Under the pieces are notes generated by a model. The model did no database searches, was not told where the DNA came from, and saw only the letters and a list, made by a program, of their open reading frames with translations. A DNA stretch of 64,000 bases from an uncultured Acidobacteriota bacterium (GTDB lineage Bacteria > Acidobacteriota > Thermoanaerobaculia > UBA5066 > Gp7-AA6): contig CAWINF010000001.1 of assembly GCA_963837495.1 (NCBI GenBank), positions 1,289,843 to 1,353,842 of the forward strand, given 5' to 3'. Positions 51,564-59,931 of the stretch are shown in pieces (within the stretch, counting starts at the first letter, position 1; each line of letters opens with the position of its first letter). A program made the position numbers and the translations under genes.

Positions 51564-54500
51564 TCAGACCGGCTCCAGCGCGCTCTCGACCGCCTTCTCG
51601 AGCGGCATCGCCCACCCCTCCATCCAGATCGCCGCGCTGTCCCGGTCTCCCAGGGTCTCTCGGGCCGCTTCGAGGCTCTTCCCGAGCCTGTCCTGCTCCG
51701 CGCGCGAGAGCGGAGCGCCAAGGGCCTCGCGCAGCGCGGCGGCAGTCCCCGCCAGCCGCAGGGCGAGCTCCGGCTTGCGCTGAGCGGCCGCGGCGGAAGC
51801 GAAGGATTCCAGTAGGCGCGCCACGCCGCGCTTGTGCCCGAGGCGCTGAAAGATCGTCATGCTTTCCTGGTAGAGCGAGCGCGCGGCGCGGTAGTCCGCC
51901 TTCTCGCAGGCGAGGTTTCCCATGTCCGCGAGGGTCCCGGCGATTCCCCACTCGTCGCCGAGAGTCCGAAAGAGCGCGAGGCTCTTCTCGTAGAGCGCGC
52001 GGGCTTCCGTGGCGTTGCCTTGCTCCGAGGCCACGTCGCCCTCGTGGTTGATCGCCCAGGCGACTCCCGTCTGGTCCCCGAGCTCCCGGAAGAGCGACAG
52101 GGCCTCCTCATGAAGCGAGCGCGCCAGCGCGTAATCCCGCTCCACCCGGACCGCGTTGGCCAGGTTGCTCAGGCAGCGAGCAACGGCGACGCGATCCCCC
52201 AGTTCTCTCCAGAGCTCCAGGGCTTCCTGGAAGAGTAAACGCGCCGCCGCGGCGTCGCCCCGTTCGCGGGCATTCACCGCCAGGGCATTCAAGCAGACGG
52301 CGACGCCCTGGCGGTCGCCGGACTCTCGATTGATCTCAAGGCTCTCTTCGCCGAGCTTGCGGCCGGCCGCGTAGTCTCCCTGCTCGCCGGTCAGCACGGC
52401 CGCGGCAAAGAGCGCCCTGGCTCGAACCTTGTTTCGCGCCGCCGCCCCCGGGAGCTTCAAGAGTCTCTCGAGTCGGTCCCGCCCCTCCCGCAGGTACTCC
52501 CGCATTTCCCAGAAACGGAAGAGGCTGGCGGCGAGGCGCAAACCCCACTCCGCATCGCCTCGCCGCGTCAATTCATCGAGGGCAGCGCGGAAGTTGTCGT
52601 GCTCCGCGTCGAAGCGCTCCAGCCATCCGGCTGTCTCCTCTCCGCCCTGACGGGAAGACTCCTCCTCGGCCAGCACGAGGCAATACGCGGCGTGGGCGCG
52701 GCGCGCAAGCGCCTCGTCCCCGCTCGACGCCAGCCGTTCCAACGCGTATTCGCGAATGGTTTCGAGCATGACGAAGCGCGGTTCGGCGGCCACCGGATCC
52801 GCTTGCTGGACGAGGCTCTTGTCCACCATCGACGTCATCCCCTCGAGCACGTCCACCCCGAGGTCCCTCTTCGCGTTGCAAACGGCCTCCGCGGCCTCCA
52901 GCGTGCATCCGCCGACGAAGACGGAGAGGCGCCGGAAGAGCTTCTGCTCTTCCTCGTTCAAGAGGCCGTGGCTCCAATCGATGGCTCCCCGGAGAGTCTG
53001 TTGCCTCTCCGGCAGGTCCCGGGCGCCCCCCGTCAGGAGCTGGAGTCTCTTCTCCAGGCGTGCCCGCATGAGGGAGGGCGACAGCAGTTTGACGCGCGCG
53101 GCGGCGAGCTCGATAGCCAGGGGCAGGCCATCCAGCCGGGCGCAGATGTCGGCGATGGCCGCGGCGTTTTCCTCGGTCGCCGCGAAATCCGGCTTGACGG
53201 CCGCGGCGCGCTGGAGGAAGAGAGCCACCGCTTCGTAACGCGTGAGCGCCTCGAGCGGCGGGAGGTTGCGGGGGTCCGGCAGCGCCAGCGACGGCACGGG
53301 AAACTCGTGCTCGCCGTAGACGTGGAGCGGCGAACGGCTCGTGACGAGGACCTTGACGCCGGGTGCGGCCGCCACGAGATCCGCCACGATCGACGCCGCG
53401 GAAATCAGGTGCTCGAAGCTGTCGAGCAGAAGCAGCATCGGCCCTCGCGAGGGATTTCTCAGAAACTCCTGGAGCGTCTCCGCCGAAGGCCGCCCGGCGT
53501 CTTCGCGGACACCCAGGGCCTGCAAGATCGTCAGGATGATCAGGTCGGGATCGGTCAGCGTCGCCAGCGGCACGAAGCAGACGCCGCCGGGAAACTGTCC
53601 CGCGATCTCTTCCGACAGCCGCAGCGCCAGCCGGGTCTTGCCGATTCCTCCCGGGCCGGTCATCGTCAGGACGCGCACGTCCTGCCGGAGCAGGAGCTCT
53701 CCGGCGGCCGCCAGCTCGCGGTCCCGCCCGACAAACCGGGTTCGCTGGGCCGGCAGGTTCGCGGGACGGGCCGCGCCGGGCTCGGCGCGAGGTTCGCGGA
53801 CGTGCTCTTGGACGGCGGCGAGATCGCGCGCGAGATCCCGCGTCGAGGCATAACGCTCTTCCCGGTCCTTGGCCAGGCACCGCTCGACGATCCAGCAGAG
53901 CGGCGAGGGGACTCGAGCGTTGAGAGACCCGACGGGCTCGGGCTCCTCCTGGATGATGGCGGCGAGAGTCTGCACCGCCGTTTCCTTCTGGAAGGGACGT
54001 TTTCCGGTGGCCATTTCGTAGATCACGGATCCCAGGGAGAACTGATCGGACCGGAAATCGAGCTCCCGTCCGCCCGCCTGCTCCGGAGACATGTAGCCGA
54101 CGGTCCCCAGGACGACCCCCGCTCCGGTCTGGGTGCCTGCCATCGTCATCGCGCTGGAGATCTCTTCGTCGGGAAGCGCCGTGAGCTTGGCGAGGCCGAA
54201 ATCCAGGATCTTGGCGAGCCCGTCGCCGGTGACCATGATGTTCTCGGGCTTCAGGTCCCTGTGAACGACGCCCGCCGAATGCGCTTTCGCCAGGCCCTCA
54301 GCGATCTGCGTCGCGACCTGGAGCGCATTGCGCAGGGCGAGCGGGCCCGCCGCGACCAGGTCCTTCAGGGTCTTTCCCTCGACCAGTTCCATGGCAATGT
54401 AGGCTGTCGAGCCGGCGCGGCCGATCTCGTAGATCGTGACGATATTGGGGTGGTTCAACGCCGAGGCCGAGCGCGCCTCCTGCTCGAACCGGTCCAGGCG

Positions 54501-54656
54501 TTCCCGGTCGGAGGCCAGCCGCTCGGGCAGGATCTTCAGGGCGACCGTCCGTCCCAGGCGCGTGTCCCTGGCGCGATAGACCTCTCCCATCCCGCCGGCT
54601 CCCAGCGGTGAAAGGATTTCGTATGGGCCAAGACGGCTGCCGGCGACGATCGTCAT
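51564..54656 (-). CDS. Multidomain STAND-type signalling protein: N-terminal Ser/Thr kinase, central NB-ARC/AAA ATPase, C-terminal TPR array (PknK-like)
   Basis: The kinase has '[13 protein letters not shown]', 'HRDLKPEN' and 'DFGLAK'. The ATPase has 'LTMTGPGGIGKTRLAL' (P-loop) and 'LLLLDSFEH' (Walker B). More than 10 TPR-like units follow, with recurring 'G...A..L..LA.......A'. Confidence 0.88.
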   Translation of the reverse strand: MTIVAGSRLGPYEILSPLGAGGMGEVYRARDTRLGRTVALKILPERLASDRERLDRFEQEARSASALNHPNIVTIYEIGRAGSTAYIAMELVEGKTLKDLVAAGPLALRNALQVATQIAEGLAKAHSAGVVHRDLKPENIMVTGDGLAKILDFGLAKLTALPDEEISSAMTMAGTQTGAGVVLGTVGYMSPEQAGGRELDFRSDQFSLGSVIYEMATGKRPFQKETAVQTLAAIIQEEPEPVGSLNARVPSPLCWIVERCLAKDREERYASTRDLARDLAAVQEHVREPRAEPGAARPANLPAQRTRFVGRDRELAAAGELLLRQDVRVLTMTGPGGIGKTRLALRLSEEIAGQFPGGVCFVPLATLTDPDLIILTILQALGVREDAGRPSAETLQEFLRNPSRGPMLLLLDSFEHLISAASIVADLVAAAPGVKVLVTSRSPLHVYGEHEFPVPSLALPDPRNLPPLEALTRYEAVALFLQRAAAVKPDFAATEENAAAIADICARLDGLPLAIELAAARVKLLSPSLMRARLEKRLQLLTGGARDLPERQQTLRGAIDWSHGLLNEEEQKLFRRLSVFVGGCTLEAAEAVCNAKRDLGVDVLEGMTSMVDKSLVQQADPVAAEPRFVMLETIREYALERLASSGDEALARRAHAAYCLVLAEEESSRQGGEETAGWLERFDAEHDNFRAALDELTRRGDAEWGLRLAASLFRFWEMREYLREGRDRLERLLKLPGAAARNKVRARALFAAAVLTGEQGDYAAGRKLGEESLEINRESGDRQGVAVCLNALAVNARERGDAAAARLLFQEALELWRELGDRVAVARCLSNLANAVRVERDYALARSLHEEALSLFRELGDQTGVAWAINHEGDVASEQGNATEARALYEKSLALFRTLGDEWGIAGTLADMGNLACEKADYRAARSLYQESMTIFQRLGHKRGVARLLESFASAAAAQRKPELALRLAGTAAALREALGAPLSRAEQDRLGKSLEAARETLGDRDSAAIWMEGWAMPLEKAVESALEPV

Positions 54657-54698
54657 TCGCGGATTACACGATCTCTTGATCGCGGATCACCAACCGCT

Positions 54699-54920
54699 TC
54701 ACACCTTCAACCGGTAGACCGTCTCGTCGATCGGCGTGGGGTCAAACTCGTCGGTGCCCGCCATCTGCCAGAGAAGATCGCACTTGAGAGGAGGAAACCC
54801 ACCGACCTCTTCTCTGATGTACTGGCGGATCAGCGCGGCCTTCGACAGTCCTTCCTGATGGGCTCTGCGCTCCAGCGCCAAGTCGAGCTCCGGCTCGATC
54901 GAAATCGAAAACCTCTTCAT
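54699..54920 (-). CDS. CopG/ribbon-helix-helix family DNA-binding protein with no adjacent toxin (orphan antitoxin-like)
   Basis: 'MKRFSISIEPELDLALERRAHQEGLSKAALIRQYI' is an RHH motif. It lies between the oligopeptidase B and STAND-kinase genes on the same strand. Confidence 0.6.
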   Translation of the reverse strand: MKRFSISIEPELDLALERRAHQEGLSKAALIRQYIREEVGGFPPLKCDLLWQMAGTDEFDPTPIDETVYRLKV

Positions 54921-54991
54921 GGAGGGAGTATGCATTAAACGCCGAGAACCAAGCCGCGGCACCGGCGTGACCGGTGCAACCGTTCGGGAGC

Positions 54992-57118
54992 TCAGGAGGC
55001 GATGCCGAGCTGGGTCAGGACGAAGGCGTAGTCGAAGGCGAGCTCCTTCAACCGGTCGTAGCGGCCCGAGGAGCCGCCGTGGCCTCCGGCCATGTTGATC
55101 TTGAAGAGAAGCGGGTTGCTGTCGGTCTTCAGGGTCCGCAGCTTCGCGACGTACTTGGCCGGCTCCCAGTACATGACCTGGCTGTCGTCGAAGGAGGTCT
55201 TCACCAGCATCGTCGGGTAGGATTTCGCCGCGAGGTTGTCGTAGGGGCTGTAGGACCGGATGTAGTCGTACTCCTCCTTCTTCTTCGGGTTGCCCCACTC
55301 CTCGAACTCGCCGACGGTCAGGGGGAGCGATTCATCGAGCATCGTGTTGACGACGTCCACGAAGGGCACGCGCGACACGACGATCTTGAAGAGGTCCGGG
55401 CGCATGTTCGCGACCGCGCCCATCAGGAGTCCGCCGGCCGAGCCCCCCTCGATGACGAGGCGGTCCTTCGACGTATACCGGTCCGCGATCAACTGCTCCG
55501 CGACGGCGATGAAGTCGGTGAACGTGTTCTTCTTCGACATCATCTTGCCGGCGTCGTGCCAGGGTTTTCCCATCTCGCCACCGCCGCGGATGTGAGCCAC
55601 GGCGAAGACGAAGCCACGGTCGAGCAGCGAGAAGCGGTTCGAGTTAAACGTGGCGAAGGAGGGAGCGCCGTAGGAGCCGTAGCCGTTCAGCCAGAGGGGA
55701 GCCTTCCCGTTCGCGACGAACCCCTTCTTGTAGACGAGGGAGATCGGGATCTTCGTGCCGTCCTTCGCCGTCGCGTACCGCCGCTCGGACTGATAGCGGT
55801 CGGGGTCGTAGCCGCCCAGGACCTCGGTTCGCTTCAGGAGTTTCCTTTCCTTCGTCGCCATGTCGTAGTCGAAGACCGACTGCGGAGTCGTGAAGGACTG
55901 GTATCCGAACCGGAAGAGCCGCGTCTGGAACTCGGCGTTGTTCTGGGGCCCGACCGCGTAAACGGGCTCGGGGAAGTCCACCCGGTGCTGTGCGCCGGTC
56001 GCCAGGTCCACGACGCGGATCCGCGGCAGGCCGTCTTCGCGTTCGAGCACGACGGCGTGCCCGGCGAAGAGGTCGAGCCCCGAGACCATGACCGCCGGGC
56101 GGCAGGGAAGAAGCTCCTTCCAGTTCTCCTGTCCCGGAGCGGCCGCCGGCGCGGTGACGACGCGGAAGTTGCGGCAGCCCTTGTTGGTCCGGATGTAGAA
56201 CGAGTCGCCGCGGTGGTCCACCGCGTACTCGTGCTCCTTCTCGCGCGGGGAGATCATCGTGAACTGGCCGGCCGGCCTGTCCGCCGGGAGAAAGCGCCAC
56301 TCGTCGGCCGTGTGCGAGCCGGAGACCAGGAAGAGGACCTTGCGGCTGCGCGAGCGGTGGACGTTGATCCGATACATCTCGTCTGTCTCCTCATAGACGA
56401 GCGAGTCGGTCATCGGATCCGCGCCGAGGGCGTGCCGGTAGAGCCGGTAGGGCCGCTTGGCGTGGTCGTCCACCGTGTAGAAGAGGGTCTTGTTGTCGGC
56501 TGCCCAGGCCGCCGAGGAGACCTTCTCGACGGTCTCGGGGAAGTCCTTGCCGGTCGAGAGGTCCTTGACGTGAAGCCGGTACTCGCGGAAGCCGACGTTG
56601 TCGGTCGTGTAGGCGAGGAGCTTCCCGTCGTCGGACACCGCCAGCTCGGCGACCGCCATGAAGCGCTCGCCGCGGGCCATCTCGTTCAAGTCGAGCATCA
56701 CCTGCTCGTTCGCTTCGAGGCTCTCAGGCGGGGAGCCTTGCGGCCCCCCGACCCCCCCGGCTCTCTTGCGGCAATAGATCGGGTACTGCTTTCCCTTCTC
56801 GGTTCGCGAGTAATAGAGGAACTCCCCCTGGCGGAACGGGACGGAGAGATCGGTCTCCTTGATCCTGCCGAGCATCTCTTCGTAGAGCCGGGCCTGGAGG
56901 GCTTCCGTCGGCTTCATGAACGCGTCGGCATAGGCGTTCTCTTTTTCGAGGTAGGCCTTGACCTCCGGGTTCTTCCTGTCTCGCAGCCAGAAGTAGTCGT
57001 CCTCGAGCTTCTCCCCGTGCAGCGTCTCGACGCGTATCACTTTCTTGGCCATCGGCGGTTTCGAAGCCTCCCTGGTATCCGTTGCGAGAAGCGCGGCCAG
57101 AAGAATCCAGAGACTCAT
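54992..57118 (-). CDS. S9A prolyl oligopeptidase family peptidase (oligopeptidase B / protease II-like), secreted
   Basis: The signal peptide is 'MSLWILLAALLA'. An N-terminal beta-propeller is followed by a C-terminal alpha/beta hydrolase with the catalytic Ser in 'GGSAGGLLMG'. The Asp/His region 'DDSQV...MAGGHGG' is present. Confidence 0.88.
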   Translation of the reverse strand: MSLWILLAALLATDTREASKPPMAKKVIRVETLHGEKLEDDYFWLRDRKNPEVKAYLEKENAYADAFMKPTEALQARLYEEMLGRIKETDLSVPFRQGEFLYYSRTEKGKQYPIYCRKRAGGVGGPQGSPPESLEANEQVMLDLNEMARGERFMAVAELAVSDDGKLLAYTTDNVGFREYRLHVKDLSTGKDFPETVEKVSSAAWAADNKTLFYTVDDHAKRPYRLYRHALGADPMTDSLVYEETDEMYRINVHRSRSRKVLFLVSGSHTADEWRFLPADRPAGQFTMISPREKEHEYAVDHRGDSFYIRTNKGCRNFRVVTAPAAAPGQENWKELLPCRPAVMVSGLDLFAGHAVVLEREDGLPRIRVVDLATGAQHRVDFPEPVYAVGPQNNAEFQTRLFRFGYQSFTTPQSVFDYDMATKERKLLKRTEVLGGYDPDRYQSERRYATAKDGTKIPISLVYKKGFVANGKAPLWLNGYGSYGAPSFATFNSNRFSLLDRGFVFAVAHIRGGGEMGKPWHDAGKMMSKKNTFTDFIAVAEQLIADRYTSKDRLVIEGGSAGGLLMGAVANMRPDLFKIVVSRVPFVDVVNTMLDESLPLTVGEFEEWGNPKKKEEYDYIRSYSPYDNLAAKSYPTMLVKTSFDDSQVMYWEPAKYVAKLRTLKTDSNPLLFKINMAGGHGGSSGRYDRLKELAFDYAFVLTQLGIAS

Positions 57119-57188
57119 GCTCGCACCTCGTCTGTTGTCGGCGGGCCGCGATGATAACAGCCGAGCCCGGGCCGGCGAGGCGACCCTC

Positions 57189-59864
57189 TCAGAAGTTATC
57201 GAGAAGAACGATGTGGGAGCTCGTTTCGTTGCGGTTGACGATCAGGGATTTCCCGTCCTTTTCCCACCCGGCGCGGAACAGCGTGTGGAACCCCGGCGGT
57301 AGGACGGCCGCCAGCCGGCGCTCGCCGCTCTTCGCGTCGAAGATCCACAGTGAGCTGTTCCCGTGACCCTCCTCTCGCATTGCGGAGAAGGAGCGGCCGT
57401 CCGGGCTCCATACGGGCAGTGTCGAGACCAGGTCTCCGGCGGGAACCTTCAGCAGGACTTTGCCGCTGTCGGCATTCACAACCTGGAGCTCCCCCGCCTT
57501 CCAGAAGACGATCCGGTTGTCCACGGGAGACCAGTCGCCGCGAAACCCCCCCTCGCGCGTGATCGGCACGGCCTGGCCGCCCGCGCTCGGCACCTTCCAG
57601 AGCTGAGGATCGCCTCCGCGAAACGAACCGAACGCGACCCAGCGGCCGTCGTTCGACCAGATGGGCCAGAAGTCCTGCGCCGGGCCGTCGGTCAATTGCA
57701 CGGCGTTGGACCCGTCCACGTTCGCCGCCCAGATCTTGGAGGCGCCGGTCTGATGAGACGCGTAGGCCACCCGCGAGCCGTCGGGCGAGAGAGAGGAGTG
57801 CGTCAGGACGTTCCCGCTCAGGAACGTGATCTGACGGGGAGATGCCGTGCCGTCGAGCGGCATCGTCCAGAGGTTGCGGCTTCCCGAGGCAGTGCTGTTG
57901 AAGAGGACCGTGGTGCCGTCCCGGGAAACCTGGGTCCACATGGGGTCCCCGGAACTCTCGAGCAGCCGGACGGCGTTTCGACCGTTCGACTCCGGGTCCG
58001 GCCCGAGCGGGACCCTCCACACTTCGTGTCGATCAGTCTCGGTCGTGGCGACCAGCCGTTTGCCGCTGGCCGCCACGGCCGGGGTGACGAAACGCGTTCC
58101 GGCCGCGAGCGTCAACCGGCGCAGCGGCTCGCCCTCGTCTGAGACGACGAGCAGGTCCGCGCTCGAGCCGAGGGCGTGAGACCACCGGGAAATCACGAGG
58201 CTCCTGCTGTCGGGCAGCCACGCCTGGGAGTAAGCCCCGCCGAGCGCGAACTTCGTCACGGCCCGCTCCCGTTGGCTCTCGACGTCGAGGATGTGAAGAT
58301 TGCGTGCCTCGAAGAAGCCGCCCTGGTTGAAAGCCAGGCGGCGTCCGTCCGGAGACCAGCAGATCTCCCCGATTCCGCCGCCTTCGTACAGTTTCCGGCC
58401 GCCCGTTCCGTCCGCGTCCCCGATCTCGATCGAGCCTCGGCCGACCATGACGTAGCCCGCGCCGAGCGAGCGCACCCAGGCGAGCCGTTTCCCATCCGCA
58501 GCCGGCGACGGATACCTCGCCCCCTCCACGATCTTCCGCGGCGTCCCGCCCAGCCCCGGGATGCGCCAGATGATCGGTCCTTGCGGCCCCAGTGTCGAGT
58601 AATAGAGCGATTCCCCGTCGGGGGCGTACACGAGGTCCGTTTCCGCGGCGTGGTCCCGTGTGATCCGGAGGGGCTCGCCTCCCGAGACCTGCCGGACCCA
58701 GATGTCGGGTGAGCCTCCTTTCTCCGAAACGAAAGCGAACTGGCGCCCGTCGGGCGAGATCGCGCCGGAATCTTCTCCTTCGCCGCTCGTCAACTGGGTG
58801 ATAGTTGCCTCGGCGCCGGTCGGTGTGGGCGCCCTTCGTCGCGCGCGCAGCCAGGAGACAACGAACAGGGCGAGAAACAGGGCGGCAAGGACCCAGCCGG
58901 CCGTCATTGCGCGGGGTCGCCATGGGGAAGGAGTCTCCACGGCGAATGATGCGGCTTCCGCCACGCGATCCCGAAGATTCGCCAGGTCCCGCGCCAGATC
59001 TTCCGTCGAGGCGTAGCGCTCGCGCGGTTCCTTGGCGAGGCAGCGCTCGACGACCCATCGCAGAGGCGCGGGCGTTTCCGGCCGCGCCGAGCCGAGCGAT
59101 GCCGGATCCTCCCGGACGATCGCGGCCAGTGTCTCGACGGCCGTCGCGCGCGCGAAGGCCCGGTGCCCCGTCGCCATCTCGTAGAGGATCGTCCCGAAGG
59201 AAAACTGGTCGGAGCGGAAATCGAGGGGCCTCCCGATCGCTTGTTCCGGGGACATGTACCCGACGGTTCCAAGGACGACTCCGGGCTCGGTCAGATTCCC
59301 TGACACGGTCGGAACCGCCGTCAGACCGTTTTCCGCCATGGGATGCTGTTCTGCGGCCGCCTGCTCTCTTCCGGCCGCGTCGAGCGGCCGCCTCTTTGCC
59401 AGGCCAAAGTCGAGGATCTTCACCACTCCGGCTGTTGTCACCATGACGTTTTCAGGCTTCAAATCGCGGTGGATGATTCCCGCGGCGTGCGCGCACGCCA
59501 GGCCATCGGCGACCTGAGCGGCAATCTGCAGAAGCCTTCGGATCGGCGGCGGACCGGCCGTCAGAAGTTGGCGCAGAGTCGAGCCGGAGACGAGCTCCAT
59601 CACCAGGAACCGGATGGAGCCGGCCTCTTCAATCTCATGAATCGTGACGATGTTGGGGTGGTTCAACGCGGAAGCCGCCCGCGCCTCTTTCTCAAAGCGC
59701 GAGAGCCTGTCGGGGTCCGCAGACAGATCCGAAGGGAGAACCTTGATCGCGACGTCGCGCCGCAGGCGCGGGTCGTTAGCCCGATAAACCTCTCCCATTC
59801 CGCCGGCTCCGAGCGGCGAAACGATCTGGTAAGGGCCGAGACGGGTTCCGGGGGCGAGGCTCAT
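57189..59864 (-). CDS. Receptor-like Ser/Thr protein kinase with TM helix and TolB-like beta-propeller
   Basis: The kinase has '[13 protein letters not shown]', 'HRDLKPEN' and 'DFGLAK'. The TM stretch is 'AGWVLAALFLALFVVSWL'. TolB-like repeats follow ('SPDGRQFAFVS', 'APDGESLYYST', ...). An alternative start is 59876. Confidence 0.9.
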   Translation of the reverse strand: MSLAPGTRLGPYQIVSPLGAGGMGEVYRANDPRLRRDVAIKVLPSDLSADPDRLSRFEKEARAASALNHPNIVTIHEIEEAGSIRFLVMELVSGSTLRQLLTAGPPPIRRLLQIAAQVADGLACAHAAGIIHRDLKPENVMVTTAGVVKILDFGLAKRRPLDAAGREQAAAEQHPMAENGLTAVPTVSGNLTEPGVVLGTVGYMSPEQAIGRPLDFRSDQFSFGTILYEMATGHRAFARATAVETLAAIVREDPASLGSARPETPAPLRWVVERCLAKEPRERYASTEDLARDLANLRDRVAEAASFAVETPSPWRPRAMTAGWVLAALFLALFVVSWLRARRRAPTPTGAEATITQLTSGEGEDSGAISPDGRQFAFVSEKGGSPDIWVRQVSGGEPLRITRDHAAETDLVYAPDGESLYYSTLGPQGPIIWRIPGLGGTPRKIVEGARYPSPAADGKRLAWVRSLGAGYVMVGRGSIEIGDADGTGGRKLYEGGGIGEICWSPDGRRLAFNQGGFFEARNLHILDVESQRERAVTKFALGGAYSQAWLPDSRSLVISRWSHALGSSADLLVVSDEGEPLRRLTLAAGTRFVTPAVAASGKRLVATTETDRHEVWRVPLGPDPESNGRNAVRLLESSGDPMWTQVSRDGTTVLFNSTASGSRNLWTMPLDGTASPRQITFLSGNVLTHSSLSPDGSRVAYASHQTGASKIWAANVDGSNAVQLTDGPAQDFWPIWSNDGRWVAFGSFRGGDPQLWKVPSAGGQAVPITREGGFRGDWSPVDNRIVFWKAGELQVVNADSGKVLLKVPAGDLVSTLPVWSPDGRSFSAMREEGHGNSSLWIFDAKSGERRLAAVLPPGFHTLFRAGWEKDGKSLIVNRNETSSHIVLLDNF

Positions 59865-59931
59865 CCGCTCGGGCAATTTTACCCGGAGCCGGAGAAACGG
59901 CCTCGACGACGGGCTCTCGATGCGGCGGAAG

